DNA of 60,803 nt. Origin: Candidatus Geohabitans tengchongensis. GTDB taxonomy: Bacteria > Sysuimicrobiota > Sysuimicrobiia > Sysuimicrobiales > Humicultoraceae. Positions 1 to 9,747 of this stretch are shown here, piece after piece. Within the stretch, counting starts at the first letter, position 1. Each line of letters opens with the position of its first letter. The DNA lies in the NCBI GenBank assembly GCA_031459625.1, contig JAVKIH010000012.1, positions 5,936 through 66,738 of the forward strand, written 5' to 3'. Both the position numbers and the translations under genes were made by a program. The notes under the pieces are model-generated. The model did no database searches. It saw only the letters and a list, made by a program, of their open reading frames with translations, and was not told the origin of the DNA.

Positions 1-987
1 CTCCGCCCGCAGGACCTCCCGCAGCCGCTCCCAGCTGGCGGCCGCCTTCGCGGCATCGCCGCTGAGCCGGGCCAACGACCGGATCGGCCGGTAGAGGGTG
101 CCCAGGTAGGTGAGCATGACCAGCAGGTCCCCCACCGTCAGGCGTCCGGTCAGGACCGCCCGGACTCCGCTGAAGAGGATGAACGCGCCGCCTGCGGCCA
201 GGACCAGGTCGGCCGCAACGCTGAACAGCGCCTGGAGGCGCAGGGTCTCCAGGACGCTCCGCACCACGGCCGTGCAGGCGCCCGCGAACTGTTGCGTCTC
301 CTCCTCCTCCCGGCCGAAGGCGCGCAGGACCCGGACGTGGCGCAGGCGCTCCACCGACCAGGCGGTCAGTGCGGCCTGGCGGTCCCGGGCCTCCCGCTGC
401 CGCGCCTTGATGCACGGGGTGATGCCGAAGACGAGGAGGGCCAGCCCCGGCGTGATGAGCAACGCGGCCAGGGCCATGCGGATGTCCATCCACGCCATGA
501 TGGCGAAGATCCCCGCCAGCGTCACGACGTCCGGCAGGGTACTCTGGAGCACTGTCACCAGGAGCTCCTGAACGCGGGCGACGTCGCTGGACAGGCGGGT
601 GGCGAGTTCGCCCGAGGGGTGACGGTCGAGGAAGCGCAGGGACCGGTGCAGCAGGTGGGCGAACAGCGTCACCCGCAGGTCGGCGGCCAGCTGCTCCGCC
701 GTGGAACCGACGAGCCAGGCACGCAGGAAGCGCAGGACGCCTCCGGCGGCGACGAGGGCCAGCCCCGCCAGTGCCGCCGCCGCCGCCAGGGTCAGGGGCG
801 GAAGTGGGTCCAGGGGGGCCAGGGGGCCCGTCAGGGGCGCATCGCCGATGGCGTGGTCGACGGCGATCTTCAGGGGCCAGGGGGCCGCCAGTTCCAGCGC
901 GGCCAGGAGGAGGGTCAGACACCCGGCCAGGAGGAGGGCCGGCAGGCAGACCCGCACAGAGCGCCGGAGCAGGGCGTCGGGAGCCAT
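1..987 (-). CDS. ABC exporter (MsbA/MdlB-like), N-terminal transmembrane domain; runs off the window edge
   Basis: Manual translation from ATG 987 gives MAPDALL...LELAAPWPLKIAVD...DRHPSGELATRLSSDV...VLRAFGREEEE...LTVGDLLVMLTYLGTLYRPIRSL, typical of the ABC_membrane domain. Not in the ORF track because it is open-ended. Confidence 0.85.
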   Translation of the reverse strand, partial: MAPDALLRRSVRVCLPALLLAGCLTLLLAALELAAPWPLKIAVDHAIGDAPLTGPLAPLDPLPPLTLAAAAALAGLALVAAGGVLRFLRAWLVGSTAEQLAADLRVTLFAHLLHRSLRFLDRHPSGELATRLSSDVARVQELLVTVLQSTLPDVVTLAGIFAIMAWMDIRMALAALLITPGLALLVFGITPCIKARQREARDRQAALTAWSVERLRHVRVLRAFGREEEETQQFAGACTAVVRSVLETLRLQALFSVAADLVLAAGGAFILFSGVRAVLTGRLTVGDLLVMLTYLGTLYRPIRSLARLSGDAAKAAASWERLREVLRAE

Positions 988-1016
988 GGTCTTCGATCTC
1001 TTTGTGCCCCCGGAGG

Positions 1017-1053
1017 ATGAGGGGGTCCTGAAGGTGGGATGAAGATTTCTTCA
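1017..1053. promoter_or_regulatory. 11-bp-periodic direct repeats plus a short inverted repeat upstream of the ABC exporter
   Basis: ATGAGGGGGTC / CTGAAGGTGGG / ATGAAGATTTC at 1017, 1028 and 1039; TGAAG-N4-CTTCA at 1040-1053. Confidence 0.4.
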
Positions 1054-1176
1054 CGTGACGCCGGCGCCCCCGGCGGGCTCCCGACGGGGCGCCGCTGTCC
1101 CGCTGCACGACGGCGCGGCGCGTGCGCCCTGCGCGCCGATGGAGCGGCTGCGGCGCGTCGGCGACGGTCCGGCAGG

Positions 1177-2202
1177 TCAGGCGCTCCCCGACGGCGCCAG
1201 CGCGACGCGACGCGCCCGGAGGTGCTCGAGGGCGCGCCCCGCCCCCAGGGCGACATCCGAGAGCGGGTCGTCGCTGCGCCGCACGGGGATGCCGGTCTCG
1301 TCGGCCAGCAGGCGGCGCAGGCCCGGCAGCAGGCTCCCCCCGCCCGTGAGCACGATGCCCCGCTGCACGAGGTCGGCGCTGAGCTCCGGGGGCGTCTGCT
1401 CCAGGGTCTGCTTCACCGTGTCCACGATCGCCTGCAGCGGCTCGGCCAGCGCCTGGCGCAGCTCGGCCGCGGTCAGCCGGATGATGCGCGGCAGCCCGGA
1501 GACGACGTGCTGCCCCCGCACCTCCGCGGTGCGGTCGCCGTCGCTCAGCGGGTGCGCCGACCCCAGGGCGATCTTCACCGCCTCGGCCGTGCGCTCGCCG
1601 ATGACCATGTTGTAGGCGCGGCGGACGTACTGGATGATGGCCTGGTCCATCTCGTCGCCGGCCACGCGGGCGGAGCGACTGACCACGATCCCTCCCAGCG
1701 AGATGACGGCCACCTGGGTGCGCCCGCCGCCGATGTCCGCGATGGTGCTGGCGCCCGGCTCCTCCACCGGCAGGCCGGCCCCCACCGCCGCCGCGATGGG
1801 CTCCTCCACCAGGTAGGCCTCGCGGGCGCCGGCCTTCAGCGTGGCCTCCACCAGGGCGCGCCGCTCCACGTCGGTGGCGCCGCTGGGCACCCCGATGACC
1901 ACCCGCGGGCCCAGCCAGGGGCGCACCGGGGCCGCCTGGCGCATGAAGTGGGCCAGCAGGGCGGTCGTCGTCTCGAAGTGGGCGATGACGCCCTCACGCA
2001 GCGGGCGCACGGCGATGATGTCCGCGGGGGTGCGCCCGATCATGCGCTTCGCCTCTGCCCCCACGGCCAGGATCCGCCCGTCGGCGGTGCGGGCGATCAC
2101 CGACGGCTCCCGGACGACGATGCCCTCCCCGCTGACGTAGACGAGCGTGTTGGCGGTGCCCAGGTCGACGCCCATGTCCCGCACGAAGCGGGCCCCGAGC
2201 AT
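1177..2202 (-). CDS. mreB: Rod shape-determining protein MreB/Mbl family (ORF open to 2277)
   Basis: DMGVDLGTANT, EPSV, IRPL-like VRPLREGVIA, VEEPIAAA, DIGGG, VLTGGGSLL motifs. Confidence 0.93.
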   Translation of the reverse strand: MLGARFVRDMGVDLGTANTLVYVSGEGIVVREPSVIARTADGRILAVGAEAKRMIGRTPADIIAVRPLREGVIAHFETTTALLAHFMRQAAPVRPWLGPRVVIGVPSGATDVERRALVEATLKAGAREAYLVEEPIAAAVGAGLPVEEPGASTIADIGGGRTQVAVISLGGIVVSRSARVAGDEMDQAIIQYVRRAYNMVIGERTAEAVKIALGSAHPLSDGDRTAEVRGQHVVSGLPRIIRLTAAELRQALAEPLQAIVDTVKQTLEQTPPELSADLVQRGIVLTGGGSLLPGLRRLLADETGIPVRRSDDPLSDVALGAGRALEHLRARRVALAPSGSA

Positions 2203-2485
2203 GCGGAGGCTCTGCGCCCGTCGGGCGATGCCGTCCCAGGCGAGCTTGCGCGCTGCGGCGGGGATGGCTGGGGTCATGGTCCCGGGTGGTCAGGTCGGGT
2301 GGGAGAGGTCTTCGCCCTCGGGCAGACCGGGCCCTCTTGGTACGGGTCCGGCCCCGTGAACGGGGCGCGGGCGTTGCGAAGGCTCGGCGCGGCTCGACGG
2401 CGCGGCTTAACGAACCATAGACGCCCCGGCGGGCGCACGCGGGCGGGGGAAAAATGGCCGCGACCCTACCCGGAAGGAGGGTGTC

Positions 2486-2826
2486 ATGAGACGGATCCTC
2501 TGGACCGCACTGGTCCTCCTCGTCGTCGTCCTGGCTGGTGCTCCGCTGGTCCTGGCCCAGGAGCCGCCGCCACCCGCACCGCCAGGCCCGCAACCACCGC
2601 CACCGGAGCCCGCTCCGCCGGGAGCCCCCGGGGCTCCGGGGGCTCCCGGTGCGCCCGGGCCGCCGGGACCTCCCGGACCGCCCGGACCGCTCGGCCCTCC
2701 AGGCCCCACCATCTTCGGGATGGACCAGACCACGGGGCCATCATCGTCGGCCTGGTGCTGGTGCTCGTCATCATCGTGGCGATCGTCGCCGTCTCGCGGA
2801 GCCCGCGCACCGTGGTGCGCGACTGA
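2486..2826 (+). CDS. Secreted Pro-rich/collagen-like protein with C-terminal TM anchor; frameshift at G4 2734-2737
   Basis: SD AAGGAGG, signal peptide ending VLA-Q, 10 Gly-X-Y triplets. Adding one G gives ...MDQTTGAIIVGLVLVLVIIVAIVAVSRSPRTVVRD*. Confidence 0.7.
2621..2710 (+). repeat. Collagen-like (Gly-X-Y)10 coding repeat
   Basis: GAP x4, GPP x3, GPL, GPP, GPT. Confidence 0.9.
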
Positions 2827-2841
2827 GGGGAGGGTGGAGAG

Positions 2842-3102
2842 ATGAGCTTCCTGGCGTGGATCATCGTGGGACTGGTGGCCGGCTGGCTGGCCAAGGCGCT
2901 CTTTCCCGGTCCTGATCCCGGCGGCTTCCTGGCCACGCTGCTCATCGGGGTAGTCGGGGCCATCGTCGGGGGATGGATCTTCACCGCCTTCGGACAGCCG
3001 GGAGCGACCGGCGTGAACATCTGGTCGATCATCGTCGCCACCGTCGGGGCGATCGTCTTCCTCGCCATCTGGCGGGCGCTGGTCGTGCGACGGCCGGTCT
3101 AG
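2842..3102 (+). CDS. GlsB/YeaQ/YmgE family (transglycosylase-associated) membrane protein
   Basis: MSFLAWIIVGLVAGWLAK...PG...GFLATLLIGVVGAIVGG...SIIVATVGAIVFL. Confidence 0.92.
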   Translation: MSFLAWIIVGLVAGWLAKALFPGPDPGGFLATLLIGVVGAIVGGWIFTAFGQPGATGVNIWSIIVATVGAIVFLAIWRALVVRRPV

Positions 3103-3131
3103 GTCGAACCTCATTTCCGCAAGAGCAGGCC

Positions 3132-3158
3132 GGAGGCCGGGACTCTGTCCCGGCCTCC
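3132..3158 (+). terminator. Perfect 12-bp hairpin after the GlsB-family gene
   Basis: GGAGGCCGGGAC-TCT-GTCCCGGCCTCC; the U-tract is weak. Confidence 0.55.
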
Positions 3159-3233
3159 TCACATCCCGGCAGGGACACGGCAGGCGGCGCGGTCGCGAGA
3201 GGAGACCTCGCGGCCGATGATAAAAGAGAAGGC

Positions 3234-3941
3234 ATGATCCCGCTGCGCGACCACAACCCGGGCGTGGGGACGCCGCTCGTCGTCTACCTGCTGATCGTCG
3301 TCAACGTCCTCGTCTTCCTCTTCATGTGGCAGATGCCGCCCCAGCGCCTGGAGGCCTTCGTCCTGGCCTTCGGGATGCGCCCCTACGAGATCACCCGGGC
3401 CGTCGACCTCCCCCCGCCCAGCCCGCAGCCCGTCTACGCCACGGTGTTCACCTCGATGTTCATGCACGGGGGCTGGCTGCACCTGGGCGGCAACATGCTC
3501 TACCTGTGGATCTTCGGGAACAACGTCGAGGACGTCTTCGGCCACCTGGGGTTCCTGGTCTTCTACCTGGTCTCGGGCGTGGCCGCCGCCGTCGGCCAGA
3601 TCCTGGTCGACCCGGCCTCCCAGGTCCCCCTCATCGGCGCCAGCGGCGCCATCGCCGGGGTGATGGGCGCGTACCTGGTCTTCTTCCCGCACGCGCGCAT
3701 TGACACCCTGGTCGTCGCCTTCTACGTCATCCGGCTGGTGCCGCTCTCCGCGGTCTGGGTCCTGGGGTTCTGGATCCTCATCCAGTTCCTCCAGGGCACC
3801 GCCGAGCTCGCGCCCGGGGCCGTCCAGGGCGGCGTGGCCTGGTGGGCGCACATCGGCGGCTTCGTGGCCGGGGTGGCCATCGGCTTCCTGTTCCGGGGCC
3901 GCGCCCGCGAGGTGGCCCGACGGTTCCCGGCCTACTGGTAG
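3234..3941 (+). CDS. Rhomboid family intramembrane serine protease
   Basis: MIPLRD, TSMFMHGGWLHLGGNMLYLWIFG, GASGA (catalytic Ser), AHIGG (catalytic His). Confidence 0.95.
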   Translation: MIPLRDHNPGVGTPLVVYLLIVVNVLVFLFMWQMPPQRLEAFVLAFGMRPYEITRAVDLPPPSPQPVYATVFTSMFMHGGWLHLGGNMLYLWIFGNNVEDVFGHLGFLVFYLVSGVAAAVGQILVDPASQVPLIGASGAIAGVMGAYLVFFPHARIDTLVVAFYVIRLVPLSAVWVLGFWILIQFLQGTAELAPGAVQGGVAWWAHIGGFVAGVAIGFLFRGRAREVARRFPAYW

Positions 3942-4078
3942 GAGCGCGCCGGGCGGTCCCTCTGGGCAGGAGCGCTCCCGGGATCGGAAAATACTCCTGG
4001 TGCTCCGGCGGCCCGGGAGCGAGCCGGCCGGGGTCCGGCGGTTCCGGCAGGGACCGCCCAACCTTGGGGGGGTGGAAG

Positions 4079-5095
4079 ATGCGTCAGGTCGTCGCCCTGG
4101 TGCTAGCGGTTCTCCTGGCCGTGGGCGTGGCCGCCTACGTCGCGCAGGCCCAGGCGCCGCGGTCGCGCCTGGACGTGGTGCGCGCCCGGGGCAAGCTCAT
4201 CTGCGGGGTGTCGGGCACGACCCCCGGGTTCTCCTTCATCGACCCCCGCACGAACACGATGCGGGGGTTCGACGCCGACTTCTGCCGGGCGGTGGCTGCC
4301 TTCGCCGGGGTGAACGAGGTGGAGTTCGTGAACCTCACGGCCGCCTCGCGCATCCCCGCGGTGGTCTCCGGCTCGGTGGACGTCGTCTTCCGCACGACGA
4401 CGCAGACCTTCGGACGGGACGAGCAGGTGGACTTCGGCCCCGTGACCTTCTACGACGGGCAGCGCCTGCTGGTGCGCAGCACCTCCCGGATCCGCAGCCT
4501 CAACGACCTCAACGGCGCCCGCATCTGCGTCCACACCGGGACCACCAGCGAGCGCAACATCACCGACCAGCTGCGGCTGCGCGGCTTCCGCTTCGAGCTG
4601 ATCACCTTCGCCCAGGCCGCCGAGGCCTTCAACGGGCTGGTGGCGGGCCGCTGCGACGCCTTCACCACCGACGCCAGCCAGCTGGCCGCCTTCCGGGCGA
4701 CGGCGCCGAACCCGCGGGACTTCATGGTCGTGGGGGAGGTCTTCAGCGACGAGCCGCTGGCTCCCATGTACGCGCAGAACGACTCCGCCTGGGCCGACAC
4801 GGTGGACTGGACCGTCTACGGCCTCATCCTGGCCGAGGAGCTGCGCATCACGCAGATCACGGCGAGCTCGGAGACGCGCCTGCGGGAGATCGCCGAGCGC
4901 AACCCGGTGGCCAAGCCGCTCATCGAGGCGCGCGGCGGCGCCCTGATGCGGGCGGTGCGGCTGGTGGGGAACTACGGCGAGATCTACAACCGCTACTTCG
5001 GTCCGGCGGCACAGATCCAGATCCCGCGGCGGGGAACGCGGAACATGCTGGCGCGGGACGGCGGCGCCCTGACGAGCCGCCCCTTCCGCAGCTAG
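4079..5095 (+). CDS. aapJ: General L-amino acid ABC transporter substrate-binding protein (AapJ/BztA-like)
   Basis: Signal peptide; LDVVRARGKLICGV...PGFS...GFDADFCRAVAA...FYDGQ...GTTSE...VGNYGEIYNR. Confidence 0.88.
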   Translation: MRQVVALVLAVLLAVGVAAYVAQAQAPRSRLDVVRARGKLICGVSGTTPGFSFIDPRTNTMRGFDADFCRAVAAFAGVNEVEFVNLTAASRIPAVVSGSVDVVFRTTTQTFGRDEQVDFGPVTFYDGQRLLVRSTSRIRSLNDLNGARICVHTGTTSERNITDQLRLRGFRFELITFAQAAEAFNGLVAGRCDAFTTDASQLAAFRATAPNPRDFMVVGEVFSDEPLAPMYAQNDSAWADTVDWTVYGLILAEELRITQITASSETRLREIAERNPVAKPLIEARGGALMRAVRLVGNYGEIYNRYFGPAAQIQIPRRGTRNMLARDGGALTSRPFRS

Positions 5096-5108
5096 GCGGA
5101 CCCTGCGC

Positions 5109-6176
5109 ATGACGCCCTGGGGCGGTCCGGAGCGTCGTCAGGCGAGGCCCTCCCGGACCGCCCGGCCGCTGGCGGCCCGGGCCGCGGCGCTCCTGACGAA
5201 CGCGCGCGCCCGGGCCGTGCTGCTGCAGGTCCTCTTCCTCCTCGCCGTCGCCGGGCTGGGCTGGGCCGGGTGGACGGCCGTGGCCCGCGGCGTGGCCCGC
5301 CGCGGCATCCACCTGGACTGGGGCTTCTGGGACCGGCCCGCCGGCTTCCACCTGAGCGCGCTGGGCCCCACCATCGACCTGGAGACGTGGAGCCTCACCC
5401 GGTTCGGCCCCGACGCTTCCTACGCGGAGGCGATGATCGCCGGGGCCTTCAACACCGTGAAGGTGGCCCTGCTGGGCATCGCCCTGGCCACGGCCCTGGG
5501 GCTGGTGGTGGGGGTGGCCCGCCTCTCCCGCAACTGGCTGGTGAACCGGCTGGCGCTGGCCTACGTGGAGTTCCTGCGCAACACCCCGCTGCTCGTCCAG
5601 CTCTTCTTCTGGTACTTCGCCGTCTTCCTGCAGCTGCCGCCCGGCACCCTGCAGCACCCGCCGCTCCGGCTGCTGGGCGGCGCCGTGGTGCTGACGAACA
5701 GCGGGCTGGCCGTGGGGGGCACCGTGGCGGAGCGCTTCGGGCGCTTCGTCGTCGACGGCGGCTTCCAGATGAGCAGCGAGTTCGCGGCGCTGGTCGTCGG
5801 GCTGGCCGTCTACACCTCCGCCTTCATCGCCGAGATCGTCCGCGGCGGGATCCTGGCCATCCCGCGCGGCCAGATGGAGGCGGCGCGCAGCCTGGGGCTG
5901 GCCTACACGCAGGCGCTGCGCTTCGTCGTCCTGCCGCAGGCCCTGCGCATCGTCATCCCGCCGCTGGGCAACCAGTTCCTGAACCTGACGAAGAACAGCA
6001 GCCTGGCCATCGGCGTGGGGTTCGCCGAGCTGCTCACCGTGGCCAGCACCATCAGCAGCCAGTCCTTCCGCTCGCTGGAGACCTTCACCGTGGTGACGCT
6101 GGCCTACCTGGCCATGTCGCTGGCCATCTCCGCCGTCCTCAACCTGATCCGCCGGGTGCTGGCCCTGCCGGCCTGA
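5109..6176 (+). CDS. aapQ: Amino acid ABC transporter permease (AapQ-like)
   Basis: ARLSRNWL, RNTPLLVQLFFWY, AEIVRGGI..IPRGQMEAARSLGL, NLTKNSSLA. Confidence 0.88.
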   Translation: MTPWGGPERRQARPSRTARPLAARAAALLTNARARAVLLQVLFLLAVAGLGWAGWTAVARGVARRGIHLDWGFWDRPAGFHLSALGPTIDLETWSLTRFGPDASYAEAMIAGAFNTVKVALLGIALATALGLVVGVARLSRNWLVNRLALAYVEFLRNTPLLVQLFFWYFAVFLQLPPGTLQHPPLRLLGGAVVLTNSGLAVGGTVAERFGRFVVDGGFQMSSEFAALVVGLAVYTSAFIAEIVRGGILAIPRGQMEAARSLGLAYTQALRFVVLPQALRIVIPPLGNQFLNLTKNSSLAIGVGFAELLTVASTISSQSFRSLETFTVVTLAYLAMSLAISAVLNLIRRVLALPA

Positions 6177-6178
6177 CC

Positions 6179-7210
6179 ATGGTCACGCGCGCCGAGGTCT
6201 TCCCGCCGCAGGAGCTCCCCCCGCCCGAGGAGCGGCTGGGGCCGCTGGGCTGGATCCGGCGCCACCTCTTCGACGGCTGGTTCAACGCCCTGCTCACCGT
6301 CCTCACCGCCGCCGCCGTCCTCTTCCTGGGCCGGGCCATCTGGCGCTGGGCGGTCCACGCCCGGTGGGGCGTCGTCACCGACAACCTGCGCATCTGGACG
6401 GTGGGGCTGGTGCCGCACGAGCACCTCTGGCGGGCCTGGTGGGCGGGCGGGCTGGTGGCGGCGGCGGCGCTGCTCACCGCGGCCGGCGTACGGGCGCGGG
6501 TGGCGCCGCGGGGGCTGGCGGGGCTGTGGGGGGCGACGGTGGGGGCGGTGCTGTGGCTGGCCGCGCCGATCCGCATCGAACAGGTGGGCGGCCTCTACCT
6601 GACCCTGCTGCTGGCGGTCGTGGCCATCGGCGCCTCCTTCCCGCTGGGCGTGCTCCTGGGGATGGGCCGGGTCTCCGCCCTGCCGGCGGTGCGGGTCGTC
6701 TGCACCGTGTACATCGAGGTGATCCGGGGCGTCCCGCTGATCACCGTCCTGCTGTGGTTCTTCGTCTTCGCCACCCTGGTCTCGGGGGACGTGCTGACGA
6801 AGGTGCACCGGGCCATGATCGCCATGACGGTCTTCTCGGCGGCCTACGTCGGGGAGATCATGCGGGGCGGCATCCTCTCCGTGCCGCGGGGGCAGCGGGA
6901 GGCGGCGCGGGCGCTGGGCCTCTCCGGCTGGCAGGCGATGGCCTACGTGGTGCTGCCCCAGGCCTTCAAGAACATGATCCCGGCGCTGGTGGGGCACTTC
7001 ATCAGCCTCTTCAAGGACACCTCGCTCACGGTGATCATCGGCCTGACCGAGCTGGTGGGGATCGGCCGGGCGCTGCTCGGGGTGACCGCCTACCTGCACG
7101 ACGTGCGCGAGGTGTACGTCTTCCTGCTGGTGGTCTACTTCGTCTTCTCCTACCTGATGTCGGCCGGGAGCCGTGCCCTGGAGCGGCGCCTCGGGCTGGG
7201 GGAGCGATAG
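6179..7210 (+). CDS. aapM: Amino acid ABC transporter permease (AapM-like)
   Basis: [45 protein letters not shown]; start ATG 6179. Confidence 0.88.
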   Translation: MVTRAEVFPPQELPPPEERLGPLGWIRRHLFDGWFNALLTVLTAAAVLFLGRAIWRWAVHARWGVVTDNLRIWTVGLVPHEHLWRAWWAGGLVAAAALLTAAGVRARVAPRGLAGLWGATVGAVLWLAAPIRIEQVGGLYLTLLLAVVAIGASFPLGVLLGMGRVSALPAVRVVCTVYIEVIRGVPLITVLLWFFVFATLVSGDVLTKVHRAMIAMTVFSAAYVGEIMRGGILSVPRGQREAARALGLSGWQAMAYVVLPQAFKNMIPALVGHFISLFKDTSLTVIIGLTELVGIGRALLGVTAYLHDVREVYVFLLVVYFVFSYLMSAGSRALERRLGLGER

Positions 7211-7250
7211 CAGACGATGCGGGACCTTCCCGGGAGGCGCATGGCGTAGA

Positions 7251-8072
<822 letters not shown>

Positions 8073-8079
8073 CCGCCCC

Positions 8080-9015
8080 GTGACGGCCGCCACAGCGCCC
8101 GGGCCGGCCGACGCCCCCGCCCGCTCCACCGTCATCGACGCCCACCTCCACCTGGTCACCGAGGAGATGGTGCGCCGCACGGTGAGGCGGTACGGGACCC
8201 TGCGGGAGGCTGCGGTCCAGCGGGCGCGCGTGCGCGGGCGGACCCTGGAGGAGCGCCTGGAGGCGCTGCGCGGCATCACGGTGGAGGAGCACGCCCGCCG
8301 CTGGCTGCGCGCCTTCGACGAGGCCGGGGTGGCGGCCGGGCTGTTCATCGCCGTGGGCGAGGCCAACGAGGAGCTGGCCGCCTTCACGGCGGTGCAGCCC
8401 GACCGGCTGCACGTCATCGGCTCGCTGGTGGACCCCCTCCACCCCGACGCCCCGCGCCTGGTGCGCACCTTCCGCGCCCGGGGACTGCGCGCCCTGAAGC
8501 TCTACCCACCCATCCAGCGCTTCCTGCCGAACGACCGCATCCTCTACCCGCTCTACGAGGCGTGCGCCGAGCAGGGGCTGCCCGTTCTCTTCCACTTCGG
8601 CATCACGGTGGGGGCCTTCTACGACCTGAGCTACGCCAGCCCCTTGCCGCTGTCGGCGCCGGTCAAGGAGTTCCCCGAGGTCACCTTCATCATCGCCCAT
8701 TTCGGCGCCGGCTTCCTGCGCGAGACGCTCTTCCTCGCCTACCACACCGACAACGTCTGCGTGGACACCTCCGGGACCAACAACTGGCGCCTCTTCACCC
8801 CCGGCGCCCCCTCGCTGGAGGAGGTCTTCCGCGACGCCCTGCGGGCCTACGGGCCCGAGCGCATCCTCTTCGGCACCGACTCCACCAACCCGCTGGAGTA
8901 CCGGCGTCACATCCTGGCGGAGCAGACGGCCATCCTGGAGCGGCTGGAGCTCACCCCCGAGCAGCGCGCCCTGATCCTGGCCGGCAACGCCCGCCGGGTC
9001 TACCGGCTGGCCTGA
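8080..9015 (+). CDS. Amidohydrolase-2 family metal-dependent hydrolase
   Basis: IDAHLH, LKLYP, LFHFG, IIAHFG, ILFGTD, LAGNARRVY. Confidence 0.9.
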   Translation: MTAATAPGPADAPARSTVIDAHLHLVTEEMVRRTVRRYGTLREAAVQRARVRGRTLEERLEALRGITVEEHARRWLRAFDEAGVAAGLFIAVGEANEELAAFTAVQPDRLHVIGSLVDPLHPDAPRLVRTFRARGLRALKLYPPIQRFLPNDRILYPLYEACAEQGLPVLFHFGITVGAFYDLSYASPLPLSAPVKEFPEVTFIIAHFGAGFLRETLFLAYHTDNVCVDTSGTNNWRLFTPGAPSLEEVFRDALRAYGPERILFGTDSTNPLEYRRHILAEQTAILERLELTPEQRALILAGNARRVYRLA

Positions 9016-9021
9016 CCGCGC

Positions 9022-9615
9022 GTGCGTTCCCTGGCCGAGGCCGTCATGACCGTCGTCGAGGGCTACGGGGCGTGGGGTGTGCTCGCGGCGTTCGCCCTGG
9101 AGAGTGCTTTCGTCCCCTTCCCCACCGAGGCGGCTTTCCTGGTGGCCATCCGCCTCCCCCATCCCGTCGCGTTCCTGGCCGTGCTGGGAGGGCAACTGCT
9201 CGGCTCGGTGGCGGCCTACCTCGTCGGCCGGCAGGGTGGCTGGCTGCTCAGGCGCGCCTTCTCCGGACGGCCGGGGGCGGCGGCCGTCCAGCGGCCGCTC
9301 CGCGACCTCTTCGTCCGCCACGGCGCCGTGGCCATCCTGGTCGTCCGCTTCCTGGGTCAGCTGCGCCCCTGGGGGTCCTGCCTGGCCGGGGTAGGCCTGA
9401 TGCCCTTCCCGACCTTCCTCCTGTGGACGCTCATCGGCTCGCTCCTCTACACCGTGGCCGGATTGGCCCTCTTCGCCTACCTGGCGTCGCGCTGGGCCCA
9501 GTGGGGGTGGCTTCCCCGCGCCACCCTTGTCCTCCTCGCCGTCGCCGGAGTGGTCGGTTGGGTCGTCCACCTGGTCAGGCAGCACCGTGCCGCCCTGGCT
9601 GCCCACGGTCCGTGA
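9022..9615 (+). CDS. DedA family membrane protein
   Basis: LESAFVPFPTE, GS..AYLVGRQGG, VRFLGQLR...AG..LMPF..F. Confidence 0.85.
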   Translation: MRSLAEAVMTVVEGYGAWGVLAAFALESAFVPFPTEAAFLVAIRLPHPVAFLAVLGGQLLGSVAAYLVGRQGGWLLRRAFSGRPGAAAVQRPLRDLFVRHGAVAILVVRFLGQLRPWGSCLAGVGLMPFPTFLLWTLIGSLLYTVAGLALFAYLASRWAQWGWLPRATLVLLAVAGVVGWVVHLVRQHRAALAAHGP

Positions 9616-9747
9616 CCACAAGAAAGCCGCCTGAAGGCCTGAAATACCGCCCTCAAAGGCAATAGAACCCCTGGATGGTATGATGGGAGTGCCCATGGCC
9701 GACCCCGGAGGGGAGCCCGTCCCGCACGATCCGAGGGGAGGCGGATC

